In this document: in pieces, positions 1-8,508 of the stretch
How the letters are laid out: every line of letters starts with the position of its first letter
How positions within the stretch are numbered: position 1 is the stretch's first letter
Assembly (NCBI GenBank): GCA_003173895.1
Contig: PJMG01000003.1
Span: 1 to 56,039 of the forward strand
Source: Candidatus Levyibacteriota bacterium
GTDB lineage: Bacteria > Patescibacteriota > Microgenomatia > Levybacterales > UBA12049
Reading direction: 5' to 3'
DNA length: 56,039 bases
Notes under the pieces: model-generated
Told to the model about the DNA's origin: nothing
The model's database searches: none
The model's input: the letters and a program-made list of their open reading frames with translations, nothing else
Made by a program: the position numbers and the translations under genes

Positions 1-1
1 C

Positions 2-343
2 GGTTCTGCCGAGTTCCAAAATGAATTAATAAGTGATGAAGAATTATATAAAAAAGTGGCTAGGCAAGTAGTAAATGTGTGGAACAAAAATAATAATTGT
101 TTACTAGTAGTGGGTGCTACTTATCCTAATGAACTTGCAGAGGTTAGAAAAATAGCAGGTGATATGACTTTTTTAGTTCCTGGCATTGGGAGTCAGGGAG
201 GTACTTTAGAAGAAATATTAAAATTTGGTTTAAATAGTCATAAAAAGGGATTGATTATTAATAGTTCTAGGGGAATAATTTTTTCAGAAAATCCTAAAAT
301 CGAAGCTGAGAAATTGAAAAGGGAAATAAATTTATATAGATAA
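2..343 (+). CDS. pyrF: orotidine-5'-phosphate decarboxylase, C-terminal part (gene starts upstream of window)
   Basis: Frame is open from the window edge; LVPGIGSQGG phosphate-binding loop; pyrE follows. Confidence 0.7.
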   Translation, partial: GSAEFQNELISDEELYKKVARQVVNVWNKNNNCLLVVGATYPNELAEVRKIAGDMTFLVPGIGSQGGTLEEILKFGLNSHKKGLIINSSRGIIFSENPKIEAEKLKREINLYR

Positions 344-362
344 GATTTTATTTTTAAATTTT

Positions 363-533
363 AAGCTCATTGAAAGTACTTTGTAAACAGACGTTCGGGG
401 AAGTTTGATTAAATAGAAAAATAATTATTCAAACCTCACTCGTGAAAGTTTGCTACCAAAGTTGAAAAGAATAATAAAGTAATAAAACAGCAAACTTTCA
501 ATGCTGTTTAAAAGTACTTTTCAATTCGCTTAA
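363..533 (+). repeat. family A nested-hairpin intergenic element (copy A1)
   Basis: Outer stem ttgaaagtactttgtaaacag / ctgtttaaaagtacttttcaa; inner stem tgaaagtttgct / agcaaactttca; cgttcg and ctcactcg boxes; fills the pyrF-pyrE spacer. Confidence 0.8.
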
Positions 534-543
534 TTTAATTAAT

Positions 544-1203
544 ATGAACTATTCTGAAAAAACTCTAAAAATTCTGGAGAAAACTGGAGCGATTATCGTT
601 AATAGTCATTTTGTTTATACCTCTGGTAAGCATGGCAGTGTTTATATCCGAAAAGATAAGCTTTATCCTTATACTTTACTCACTTCTAAAGTTTGTGAAT
701 TAATAGCTCGTCAGGTAAAAGATTGGAATATAGAAGTAGTGGTAGGGCCTTCTATTGGAGGAATTATTTTATCTCAATGGGTAGCTTACTACCTCTCTAA
801 ATTGACTAAAAAAGAAATACTTAGTGTTTTTACGGAAAAAAGTTATGATGATAAAGAAGTTTATGACAGGCCGCAAATGTTTAAGCGTGGATATGATCAA
901 CTAGTAAAAAATAAACGAGTTTTAGTGGTAGAAGATTTAACTACTACTGGAGCATCTGTTAAAAAAGTAGTTGATCAAGTTAAAGAGGCAAAAGGTAAAG
1001 TGGTTGGTGTATTTGTTTTATTAAATAGAAATCCTAAAGAGGTTAATAGTGAATTAATGGGAGTACCTTTTCATGCACTTTCTGTATTTAAAGCTGATGC
1101 TTACGAGCCTGAAGATTGTCCTTTATGTAAAGAAAATATTCGTATTAATACTGAAGTAGGACACGGCAAGGAGTATATGGAAAAAATAAAAGCTAAAAAT
1201 TAA
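544..1203 (+). CDS. pyrE: orotate phosphoribosyltransferase
   Basis: PRPP-binding motif VLVVEDLTTTGAS; size and neighbourhood with pyrF. Confidence 0.8.
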   Translation: MNYSEKTLKILEKTGAIIVNSHFVYTSGKHGSVYIRKDKLYPYTLLTSKVCELIARQVKDWNIEVVVGPSIGGIILSQWVAYYLSKLTKKEILSVFTEKSYDDKEVYDRPQMFKRGYDQLVKNKRVLVVEDLTTTGASVKKVVDQVKEAKGKVVGVFVLLNRNPKEVNSELMGVPFHALSVFKADAYEPEDCPLCKENIRINTEVGHGKEYMEKIKAKN

Positions 1204-1205
1204 AT

Positions 1206-1775
1206 CTATAGAGGAATGTTTACATTGAAGAGTTTTAGCCAAAATAATGTATAAGCAATAAGAAATATGGTTACTGCAATAACTATAATAACTGGACTAA
1301 TTTTTTGTCCACTCCTCTTAGCGACGAATCCATGAATTTCAGGGTTCTTTTTATCTTCTTTTAACTCAGCTGGTTTAGAATTAGTATTTGGAGCCTTAAC
1401 TTCTGGTTCAGAAATAGGAGTATTGGGTAAAGGTTGATTATTTGTTGGTAAGGTAAAAGAAACAGGATTTACAGAGTTAGTTAATGGATTGGTTGCTGGT
1501 GAAGTTAGATTAGGCGTAGATGGTGGTACTAGAGGATTAGTAGGTGGATTTAAAGGTTTATCTACACTAGCAATTTGATTAGTAGCAAAAGGGTTAGTTA
1601 GTGGAGTAGGTGTAACAGGCGGAGGAGTATTTAAGGTAGGTGTAGGCGTTGAAGTAACAGGATTAGTATTTAAATTTGTTCCTGTATCGCTTCCTACTCC
1701 CATTATTCTGTTGTACGCTTCACGCAGTTTAGGATCGAGTTGTTGACCATTGGGTTTAGCAGAATTTAGGTCCAT
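1206..1775 (-). CDS. hypothetical Pro/Thr/Asn-rich protein with C-terminal TM anchor
   Basis: 189-aa ORF, low-complexity PT-rich region, hydrophobic C-terminus VIIVIAVTIFLIAYTLFWL. Confidence 0.5.
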   Translation of the reverse strand: MDLNSAKPNGQQLDPKLREAYNRIMGVGSDTGTNLNTNPVTSTPTPTLNTPPPVTPTPLTNPFATNQIASVDKPLNPPTNPLVPPSTPNLTSPATNPLTNSVNPVSFTLPTNNQPLPNTPISEPEVKAPNTNSKPAELKEDKKNPEIHGFVAKRSGQKISPVIIVIAVTIFLIAYTLFWLKLFNVNIPL

Positions 1776-1846
1776 AAAATAATGGTAGAGTTATAAATTA
1801 TAAATGTCAAATGAAAATAAATTTTTAGCTAATATTTATTTCCATC

Positions 1847-1985
1847 GGGGTCCTGTCGCAGGTTTCCCTTCCAAAATGTTTGTCCTGTGATCAGGATCAA
1901 CGGACTGCACATTTTTGAACCTCTTCGAGTCTGAGCCAGAGGGTTCATCCCTCAGAGTCGAATGACTTTCCACCCGCACCACCCC
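1847..1985 (+). repeat. family B structured element (B1), candidate 5' leader RNA
   Basis: GGGGTCCTGTCGCAGG...CCCGCACCACCCC closing stem; internal hairpins; TAATAT box at 1830-1835, 11 nt upstream. Confidence 0.75.
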
Positions 1986-2033
1986 TCATGTTTACTTGAC
2001 TCCACATTCTTATTTTGATGTTATAATGGCTTT

Positions 2034-3065
2034 ATGCAAAAAATTATTGTTACACATAAAAATCCTGATTGGGATGCTATAACGAGTGTTTGGATTTTAA
2101 AAAAATTTTTACCAGGATGGGGAAATGCTAATGTGGAGTTTGTAAATGCGGGAGAAAGGTTGGAATTACAAATAGTAAGGGGTCCTGTCGCGACTTTCCC
2201 TCCCAAAAGTGCTCGCAATGGGTCTAATGCTGATGCATTAAATGCTGCGCGCTCTTGGAGCCCTTCCAGTCGCACCACCCCTGCTTCTGAAGAAAATACT
2301 ATTGAGATTGTTGAAAATAAAGAGATTATCCATGTTGATACAGGAATGGGACCATTAGATCATCATCAAACTTCAGATATGAACACTTGTGCTACTAGTC
2401 TCTGCTGGTTTTATGTTAAAGCTAAAAATCCAGAATTTAAAGATATGGATGCTGTAAAAATTGAATCAATTAACAAAATTGTTAAGTATGTAATTCTACT
2501 AGATCATTTTCAGGAAGTATATTTCCCAGACGCTGCATCAGATATATATGAATTTGCTCTTTATGGACTTATCGAAGGTTTTAAAATGGAATTCCCAAAT
2601 GACGATAATAAATGTTTAGAGTTTGGTTTTACATTATTAAATGCTGTATCTCATAGATTTGAGCAGAAAATATGGGCTGAAAATGAAATTAAAGAAAAAG
2701 GAATTGAGTTTGAAACTAGATTTGGAAAGGCGATGGGAATTGAGTCATTAAATGATGAAGTAGTAAAGTTAGGGCAAAAAATGGGATTTGTAATAGTGAT
2801 AAGAAAAGATCCTAGAAAAGGTTATGCACGAGTGAAGGCAATACCTGAAAAGAATTTAGAGTCTAGAGTTCAGAGTTCAGAATTGAAAAAAACTGGTATT
2901 GATTTGACTCCAGTTTATGAGAGATTAAAAGAAAAAGATCCAGCAGCTTCGTGGTTTTTACATGTTTCTAAAAAAATGCTCTTGAATGGTAGTGCTAAAA
3001 ATCCTAAAATGAAAGCAACAAAGTTAAATTTGAAAGAAATTATTGAAGTAGTAAAGGAGATTTAA
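2034..3065 (+). CDS. DHH-family phosphoesterase (NrnA-like) carrying two in-frame repeat insertions
   Basis: THKNPDWDAITS (DHH motif I/II-like) and DTGMGPLDHHQ (DHH motif); insertions at 2179-2281 and 2850-2887. Confidence 0.6.
   Translation: MQKIIVTHKNPDWDAITSVWILKKFLPGWGNANVEFVNAGERLELQIVRGPVATFPPKSARNGSNADALNAARSWSPSSRTTPASEENTIEIVENKEIIHVDTGMGPLDHHQTSDMNTCATSLCWFYVKAKNPEFKDMDAVKIESINKIVKYVILLDHFQEVYFPDAASDIYEFALYGLIEGFKMEFPNDDNKCLEFGFTLLNAVSHRFEQKIWAENEIKEKGIEFETRFGKAMGIESLNDEVVKLGQKMGFVIVIRKDPRKGYARVKAIPEKNLESRVQSSELKKTGIDLTPVYERLKEKDPAASWFLHVSKKMLLNGSAKNPKMKATKLNLKEIIEVVKEI
2179..2281 (+). repeat. family B element (B2) inserted in frame in the DHH gene
   Basis: GGGGTCCTGTCGCGACT...AGTCGCACCACCCC; core nearly identical to B4; translated as RGPVATFPPKSARNGSNADALNAARSWSPSSRTTP. 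Confidence 0.8.
2850..2887 (+). repeat. family E AT-rich repeat (E3) in frame in the DHH gene
   Basis: aagaatttagagtctagagttcagagttcagaattgaa matches E1/E2b (aatttagaatctagagttcagaatt). Confidence 0.7.
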
Positions 3066-3394
3066 TGGAAGATTGTATTTTTTGTAAAATAGCTACGCAT
3101 CAAATAAGTAAAGACTTTATTTATGAAGATGAGGAGATTATGGTTTTTCCCGATATTCATCCTATTAAAGAAAAACATCTTTTAATTATTCCTAAAAAAC
3201 ATTATGTAGATTTTATGCAGCTAGAAGATGATAAATTAATGGCTAAAATAAAGAATAAGATTCAAGATTTAGTAAAGGAACATAAATTAAAAAATAATGG
3301 TTTTAGAATAGTAGTTAATGGTGGAGGGGCGCAGGCTATAGATCATCTTCATTTTCACCTCACAGGACCTTGGGGTAAAGCTGCAGACATGTAA
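3065..3394 (+). CDS. HIT-family (histidine triad) nucleotide hydrolase
   Basis: C-terminal HLHFHL histidine triad; start overlaps the upstream stop (TAATG); AAGGAG Shine-Dalgarno (SD) motif. Confidence 0.85.
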   Translation: MEDCIFCKIATHQISKDFIYEDEEIMVFPDIHPIKEKHLLIIPKKHYVDFMQLEDDKLMAKIKNKIQDLVKEHKLKNNGFRIVVNGGGAQAIDHLHFHLTGPWGKAADM

Positions 3395-3426
3395 AAGAGA
3401 CAATTGTTTCTTTAGGTGTCTACATT

Positions 3427-3455
3427 TTGACATTCTCCTTAAAATGTTGTAACAT
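3427..3455 (+). promoter_or_regulatory. putative sigma70-type promoter for ORF 3496
   Basis: TTGACA (3427-3432), 17-nt spacer, TAACAT (3450-3455). Confidence 0.35.
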
Positions 3456-3495
3456 TACCTTCATAATGTCCTATAACAATTAAGACACTGTATTT

Positions 3496-4029
3496 ATGAG
3501 TGAATTTAAACCTTATTCCATGGCTGATTTTAGAGAAAGACAAAAATGGAGAAAAGAGCAACAAAGCTGGAGAGATCAGTCTAATATTGAGATTGGCTCT
3601 TTTGACAGTGAAAATGGTCTAAGTTATTTTGATTTCAAATTTAGCCGACCATCTGATCTTTCTACCAAAAAAGCTAGATTTTTAATGTCAGACAGAAGCA
3701 GTAATATAGAAGTTATTCTTAGAGGTAAAGATCTAAATACAGATAAGCATTTTGTACTACAAAATAATGGTATTATTTCTGTAAATGATCAGGGAGGCTG
3801 GCATATTCTAATAGATAATAATTGGGGTGATATTATTTCTAATGTGGTGAATCAAGTAGAAAATTTAGCAGACGAGCTAATTCCGAGATTTGAGGGAATT
3901 TTTGATAATGAGATTAATAAGTTATATATACTTAAGTCAAGACTTGAAGTATTTAAAGAAGCTGATAATTGGTTAAATGGAGATGACGCTACTCCCAGTA
4001 TCCTAGAAGGAGATAAAATTCCCGCCTAA
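3496..4029 (+). CDS. hypothetical protein
   Basis: 177-aa ORF, no recognisable motif. Confidence 0.5.
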   Translation: MSEFKPYSMADFRERQKWRKEQQSWRDQSNIEIGSFDSENGLSYFDFKFSRPSDLSTKKARFLMSDRSSNIEVILRGKDLNTDKHFVLQNNGIISVNDQGGWHILIDNNWGDIISNVVNQVENLADELIPRFEGIFDNEINKLYILKSRLEVFKEADNWLNGDDATPSILEGDKIPA

Positions 4030-4045
4030 TTTACTCAAAATTTTG

Positions 4046-4054
4046 TGCTATAAT
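4046..4054 (+). promoter_or_regulatory. extended -10 box (TGcTATAAT) upstream of rpsU
   Basis: tgctataat about 70 nt before the rpsU ATG; the leader contains the D1 palindrome and a GAGAGGGGG SD. Confidence 0.4.
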
Positions 4055-4084
4055 ATTTATACTTCTAATTTCATTTGAAATTTG

Positions 4085-4102
4085 ATCCGCCAGCTGACGG
4101 AT
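4085..4102. repeat. family D GC palindrome (D1, one mismatch), in the rpsU leader
   Basis: atccgccagctgacggat. Confidence 0.8.
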
Positions 4103-4123
4103 ATTGAGAGGGGGTGTTTTTAT

Positions 4124-4324
4124 ATGGTTAAAGTTAAAAAAAATCCAGGAGAATCTGATGAAAGTTTAATTCGTAAATTTACCAGAAAAGTTATGCTGGA
4201 TGGTATTTTAATGGAAGCAAAAAGACGTAAATTTCATTTAAAACCATCCCTAGCTCGTAAGCAGCGTAAAAAAGATAAACAGCAAGCTCGAGCATTAATG
4301 GCTAAATTAATGAAAACTTCATGA
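4124..4324 (+). CDS. rpsU: 30S ribosomal protein S21
   Basis: MVKVKKNPGESDESLIRKFTRKV...; SD GAGAGGGGG upstream; the ORF-track start at 4082 runs through palindrome D1 and is unlikely. Confidence 0.85.
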   Translation: MVKVKKNPGESDESLIRKFTRKVMLDGILMEAKRRKFHLKPSLARKQRKKDKQQARALMAKLMKTS

Positions 4325-4710
4325 ACAACAAAGTAAAAACTTTAATTTTTGTTGAAAGTAGGTATAAAATTAACAGAAAGCGAATTAAAGCAACTGTTGA
4401 GAGAGTTTTAAAAACTCAAAATTTAACAGGAAATGTAGAAGTTTCTATAGCTTTCGTAGGTGATCGTAAAATGCGAGAGCTATCTCGCAAATATAAGAAT
4501 GAAGATAAAACTCGTAATATTTTATCTTTTTCATTTGCTGAGGGAGAAATGACTGTCATGCCACCTGATATTTTAAGACTAGGGGATATAGTAATTTCTT
4601 ATCCCTATCTTATTAAAGAAGCTGTTGAATTTGAAGAATTAGTGGATGATAGAATTGATATGTTAGTCGAACATGGTTTAATGCACTTACTAGGACTTCA
4701 CCACGAGTAG
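4321..4710 (+). CDS. ybeY: rRNA maturation endoribonuclease YbeY
   Basis: HGLMHLLGLHHE zinc-binding motif at the C-terminus; ATGA overlap with rpsU. Confidence 0.85.
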   Translation: MNNKVKTLIFVESRYKINRKRIKATVERVLKTQNLTGNVEVSIAFVGDRKMRELSRKYKNEDKTRNILSFSFAEGEMTVMPPDILRLGDIVISYPYLIKEAVEFEELVDDRIDMLVEHGLMHLLGLHHE

Positions 4711-4770
4711 AATTTAGAATCTAGAGTTCAGAATTAAGAATTCTGAATTATGAATTTTGAATTCTAAATT
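4711..4770. repeat. family E AT-rich palindromic element (E1)
   Basis: aatttagaat...attctaaatt outer pairing; inner ttcagaatt-aag-aattctgaa; first 32 nt are the exact reverse complement of 6326-6357. Confidence 0.8.
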
Positions 4771-4776
4771 CTTATT

Positions 4777-6258
4777 ATGGTTTTTTATAGAAAATATCGT
4801 CCACAAAAAATAGAAGATTTAGATAGTAAATCTCTTCAAGAAAGTTTATTTGCGATACTTTCTAAAAAAGAAATACCGCATGCTCTTTTATTCGCAGGAC
4901 CAAAAGGGCTTGGTAAGACTTCTACAGCTAGGATAGTAGCAAAGGTAGTTAATTGTACTAATCGCGGTAAAAATATAGAACCTTGTAATAAATGTGAACA
5001 GTGTATTTCTATCACTAATGGTTCTAATATAGATGTTTTGGAGATTGATGGAGCATCTAATCGGGGTATTGAAGAAATTCGTGATTTAAAAGAGAAAATT
5101 AGAGTTTTTCCGTCCTCTGCTTCTAAGAAAATTTATATTATCGATGAAGTGCACATGTTAACTACAGAAGCTTTTAACGCACTTTTAAAAATAGTAGAAG
5201 AACCACCTGAATATGTCATGTTTATTTTCGCGACTACAGAACTGGAAAAAGTTCCTGAAACGATTTTATCTCGCTGTTTTATAGTTAATTTTAAAAAAGC
5301 TACACAAAGTGAAGTAATACATTCACTTAAAAGAATTGTAGAAGGTGAAAAAATTAATATTACAGATGGAGCCCTAGAAGAAATTGCTAAATATTCAGAA
5401 GGTGGATTTAGAGATGGAGCTAAATATTTAGAAGAAGTTTCTACATTTGCTTCAGATAAAAAAATTGACATAGAGGATGTCAGAAAAATCTTAGGAACTA
5501 GTGGCATTGAACAAAGTTCTATAGAGTTTTTAGAAGCTCTAATAAAAAAAGATTTAAAAAAGAGTTTAGAAATTTTAAAAAATTTAGAAGAAAAAGGCAG
5601 CGATGCTAAATATTTCGCTTCAAATTTACTTCAGATTTTACAAGATTCTTTAATGGCTAAAAATGGTTTTGAGATGAAAAATAAAATTGATGAGAATTTA
5701 GAAGATATTTATTTAATGCTGGAAATATTTTCAGATGCTGCACTAAAAATTAAAAATGCTATTTATCCATTCTTACCAATTGAAATGGGAGCAGTTCATT
5801 ATTTTTTAATAAAAAATAATGATGAATTAGGAAGTAGGAATCAGGAAGTAGGAAACATAAAAAATAATAATAGTAATTCTAGAAAAACGATAGAAGATTT
5901 AGAGAAAATGGCGATGACTAAAAAGATTGTTGAATTCAGAATCCATCCGCCAGCTGGCGGATCAGAATTAAAGGATAAAAAAATTAATACTGAGGGAAAA
6001 ATCCAACAGGGTAATCTACATGATCAGAAAGATTTATTGGACAATTTAATTTATAAAGTAAAAGCTGATAATTTTTCTCTGGCTGGAGTTTTAAGAAGTT
6101 TTAAGAGTTATGAAATTCAAGCAGATCAAATAGTTTTAAAAACCAAGTATAAATTTCATAAACAAAAATTAGAAGAAGCCAAAAATTTAAGCGCTATTGC
6201 AAAAGCTTTAAAAGAAATAACTGGAAAAAATCTTAAAGTTCTGGTAAGCTTGGAATAA
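4777..6258 (+). CDS. dnaX: DNA polymerase III subunit gamma/tau
   Basis: Walker A GPKGLGKTS, zinc module CNKCEQC, DEVHML, SRC motif; contains D2 and a ggaagtaggaatcaggaagtagg repeat. Confidence 0.9.
   Translation: MVFYRKYRPQKIEDLDSKSLQESLFAILSKKEIPHALLFAGPKGLGKTSTARIVAKVVNCTNRGKNIEPCNKCEQCISITNGSNIDVLEIDGASNRGIEEIRDLKEKIRVFPSSASKKIYIIDEVHMLTTEAFNALLKIVEEPPEYVMFIFATTELEKVPETILSRCFIVNFKKATQSEVIHSLKRIVEGEKINITDGALEEIAKYSEGGFRDGAKYLEEVSTFASDKKIDIEDVRKILGTSGIEQSSIEFLEALIKKDLKKSLEILKNLEEKGSDAKYFASNLLQILQDSLMAKNGFEMKNKIDENLEDIYLMLEIFSDAALKIKNAIYPFLPIEMGAVHYFLIKNNDELGSRNQEVGNIKNNNSNSRKTIEDLEKMAMTKKIVEFRIHPPAGGSELKDKKINTEGKIQQGNLHDQKDLLDNLIYKVKADNFSLAGVLRSFKSYEIQADQIVLKTKYKFHKQKLEEAKNLSAIAKALKEITGKNLKVLVSLE
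5945..5962. repeat. family D GC palindrome (D2) in frame in dnaX
   Basis: atccgccagctggcggat, translated HPPAGGSE. Confidence 0.85.
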
Positions 6259-6259
6259 T

Positions 6260-6293
6260 AAGAATTTAGAATTCTGAATTTATAATTCAGAAT
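6260..6293. repeat. family E hairpin (E2a)
   Basis: attctgaatt-tat-aattcagaat perfect 10-bp stem immediately after the dnaX stop. Confidence 0.7.
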
Positions 6294-6325
6294 GTAAATA
6301 GGAATATTTATTTATAAAGATCCAT

Positions 6326-6357
6326 AATTCTTAATTCTGAACTCTAGATTCTAAATT
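6326..6357. repeat. family E repeat (E2b), inverted copy of 4711-4742
   Basis: aattcttaattctgaactctagattctaaatt is the reverse complement of aatttagaatctagagttcagaattaagaatt. Confidence 0.85.
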
Positions 6358-6380
6358 ATAGCGAAGGTAGGTGATATTTT

Positions 6381-6659
6381 ATGTTTAATCCATTAAAAGG
6401 CTTAGGTGATCTTAAAGCAATGCGAGATCAAGCTATGGCCATTCAAAAACAACTTCAAACTATAGTTCTAACTGTAGATAAAAAAGGTGTACAAGTTAGA
6501 ATTTCAGGTGATCAAAAGATTTTAGAAATAAGATCTAATGGTAAATCTGATGATGATATTAAAGAAGCCATTAATGAAGCTATTAAAAAATCTCAAGAGA
6601 CAGCAGCTAAAGAACTTTCACAAATGGGTGGAGGTTTAGGAGGATTGCTAGGAAGATAA
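6381..6659 (+). CDS. ybaB: YbaB/EbfC family nucleoid-associated protein
   Basis: 92 aa; position between dnaX and recR is typical; AAGGTAGGTGA SD. Confidence 0.8.
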   Translation: MFNPLKGLGDLKAMRDQAMAIQKQLQTIVLTVDKKGVQVRISGDQKILEIRSNGKSDDDIKEAINEAIKKSQETAAKELSQMGGGLGGLLGR

Positions 6660-6664
6660 AAATT

Positions 6665-6689
6665 TGTCATCCTGAACAGTGAAGGATCC
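6665..6689 (+). repeat. family C hairpin repeat (C1)
   Basis: tgtcatcctgaacagtgaaggatcc. Confidence 0.7.
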
Positions 6690-6708
6690 TTATTATTAGC
6701 TCTTAAGA

Positions 6709-6871
6709 GCAGTATGCTTTCACAATTTTTGGTGTCGCTCAGGGAAGTGATTGAAATTTTAAGAAAGTATTCGGACTTCGCTAGTGGAATTTTCTCACCA
6801 ATAGTAATCTAACCTTTGAATGCCTCTTTAGAGAAAATTCCAATTCACCAAAAATTGAAAAGACAAACTGC
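6709..6871 (+). repeat. family A' nested-hairpin element (A'1)
   Basis: Outer stem gcagtatgctttcacaatttttggtg / caccaaaaattgaaaagacaaactgc; inner ggaattttctc / gagaaaattcc; tcgctcagg and ttcgctagtgg boxes. Confidence 0.8.
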
Positions 6872-6897
6872 ATTTTTAATAAGTGTCAATATAATAA

Positions 6898-7257
6898 TTA
6901 CTCAGCTTTTTTCTTAGATCTTCTTTTAGTAGAAGTTGTAGTTTCTGTAAGAGTTTGAGTTACATCTGGATTAGATTTTGCTTCTAGAGTTACTTGATGT
7001 ACATTAGGACTATAAATTTGAGAATTAATGGGAATATCTCCGGCCGGATCAAAAACACGCTCTACGGTACTAATGGCTTCTTCGGTAGTACTTGCATTTA
7101 CATCAAATGTCACTACATGACCAAATCTAACTTTGGAGACCTCATTAAATCCTAACTGATGTAATCCATCTAATATTGTATTTCCTTCTGGGTCATTAGT
7201 TGTTGGGCTAACTAATATATAAGCATCAATCTCATGGATAGGATTTTCTTGGCCCAT
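6898..7257 (-). CDS. PurS-like protein (FGAM synthase PurS domain) with Lys-rich tail
   Basis: NDPEGNTILDGLHQLGFNEVSKVRFGHVV resembles the PurS DPQG...AL..LG...V..VR.GK signature. Confidence 0.5.
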   Translation of the reverse strand: MGQENPIHEIDAYILVSPTTNDPEGNTILDGLHQLGFNEVSKVRFGHVVTFDVNASTTEEAISTVERVFDPAGDIPINSQIYSPNVHQVTLEAKSNPDVTQTLTETTTSTKRRSKKKAE

Positions 7258-7319
7258 ATATTTACTATAAAAAAAGATTTAGCATTTTTCAAGAATAGGT
7301 GGTATATTTAAGTTTAGTA

Positions 7320-8234
7320 ATGAAGATTTTTTCTGGAAATTCTAATATCCCTCTAGCAGAAAAGATAAGTAAAAATCTTAAGTTAAAACTTTCTCCTGTA
7401 GATAAATTTGTTTTTCCCGATGGTGAGCAAAGAATCAGAATTACAGATCAGATAACTGGTCATAAAGTTATAGTGGTTCAAAGTGCAAATACTCCTGTAG
7501 ACCAAAATTACATGGAGCTTTTCTTTCTTCTGGATGCATTGAAGCGAAATGAAGCAGAGTTTGTGACGGCAGTGGTTCCATATTTTGGCTATCAAAGACA
7601 GGATCATGTTTTTAGAGATGGTGAGGCAGTGTCGTTAGAGGTAATTATAAGGATTTTAGAGAGTTTAAAAATTGATCGACTTATCAGTATAGATATGCAT
7701 TCTGTAAAAATCCCATATCTTTTTTCAGTGCCGGTTACTCACTTATCAGCAATGCCACTTTTTGCAAATAAAATAAAAGAAATTTTTAGGGGTTCTGTCG
7801 GAAAATCCAGTGTTTTAGTTTCTCCTGATATGGGTGGAATAGCCAGAATTATGAAGCTTTCAGAATTAACTAAATTGCCTTACGCCGCTTTGAAAAAGAA
7901 CAGGAATTTAAGTACTGGTAAAGTAACAGGAGACCAAGTAGCAGAGGGAAGTTTGGAAAACAAAAAAATAGCTTTTATCGTGGATGATATGATTTCTTCT
8001 GGAAGTACTATGGCACTAGCTGCGAATAATTTAGTTAAAAATGGAATTGAAAAAATTTATGTTTTTGCTACGCACGCTATTTTCTCTGAAGAAGCACCAG
8101 ATATCTTAGAAAATGCTCCAGTAGAAAAAGTTTATGTAACAGATAGTGTTTTTATCCCAAAAGAAAAAAGATTTTCTAAATTAGAAATTTTATCGATAGC
8201 ACCATTAATTGCTAAAACAATAAAAAAACATTAA
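7320..8234 (+). CDS. prs: ribose-phosphate pyrophosphokinase
   Basis: MKIFSGNSN..LA..I start, YFGYQRQD, IVDDMISSGST PRPP loop. Confidence 0.9.
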   Translation: MKIFSGNSNIPLAEKISKNLKLKLSPVDKFVFPDGEQRIRITDQITGHKVIVVQSANTPVDQNYMELFFLLDALKRNEAEFVTAVVPYFGYQRQDHVFRDGEAVSLEVIIRILESLKIDRLISIDMHSVKIPYLFSVPVTHLSAMPLFANKIKEIFRGSVGKSSVLVSPDMGGIARIMKLSELTKLPYAALKKNRNLSTGKVTGDQVAEGSLENKKIAFIVDDMISSGSTMALAANNLVKNGIEKIYVFATHAIFSEEAPDILENAPVEKVYVTDSVFIPKEKRFSKLEILSIAPLIAKTIKKH

Positions 8235-8499
8235 CGTCTTTGCGAGCAAAGCACGGCAATCCGTGATATGTATAAAAAGCAAGGATATACTTATATTCTA
8301 ACTAACATAACAAATAAGGTTTTAGATACAGGTTCTACAGATAATCTAATAAAAAGGATTTATATGATGAGATTATAAAGTAATATTCTTTTCTTTTTAA
8401 GACTAAGATTGTTTATTTTTCAAATATAAAGTAGTATTTAACTATTATTTACCTAGATTGCTTCGTCCTGAATAAATCAGGACTCGCAACAACGACGAG
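8235..8499 (+). mobile_element. decayed GIY-YIG-bearing element bounded by family G inverted repeats
   Basis: Left end cgtctttgcgagc..gcaatccg; right end (reverse complement) cgtcgttgttgcgag..gaagcaatc; encloses a truncated GIY-YIG ORF. Confidence 0.55.
8268..8378 (+). pseudogene. truncated GIY-YIG nuclease-domain remnant (36 codons)
   Basis: MYKKQGYTYILTNITNKVLDTGSTDNLIKRIY resembles the Y.YIL.....LY.G.T.NL..R motif; the second Tyr is degenerate and the stop is premature. Confidence 0.45.
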
Positions 8500-8508
8500 A
8501 GTACTTTT

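Noticed and set aside
1847-1985. Family B as SRP (4.5S) RNA, because of the GGGG...CCCC rod shape
   Set aside because: There are five copies in 56 kb, one of them inside a CDS. The conserved SRP domain IV sequence (GGAA tetraloop with AGCA symmetric loop) is absent.
2021-2278. 85-aa ORF on the - strand overlapping the start of the DHH gene
   Set aside because: It exists only because the GC-rich B2 insert lacks stops on the opposite strand. It is antisense to a motif-bearing CDS.
4082-4123. N-terminal extension of rpsU proposed by the ORF track (MIRQLTDIERGCFY)
   Set aside because: The extension is the translated D1 palindrome and contains the SD (GAGAGGGGG). The canonical S21 N-terminus MVKVKK starts at 4124.
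5133-5507. 124-aa antisense ORF inside dnaX. Similar shadow ORFs from the track: 7383-7607, 8750-8944, 10407-10724, 17534-17851, 18723-18923, 21860-22060, 22930-23196, 24141-24323, 31446-31826, 34254-34517, 35182-35400, 37218-37421, 39391-39840, 40961-41203, 45822-46097, 49438-49641, 51428-51685, 52098-52322, 52983-53285, 54321-54530
   Set aside because: All are fully nested antisense to, or out of frame with, ORFs that carry clear family motifs. They have no motifs or start signals of their own and are typical shadow ORFs.
5556-5562. A_AAA_AAG slippery heptamer in the dnaX zero frame (E. coli-like -1 frameshift site)
   Set aside because: It lies at codon ~260, too early to leave a complete clamp-loader domain III. 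The -1 frame runs 15 codons before a stop, no downstream stem-loop was seen, and A-runs are common in this AT-rich genome.
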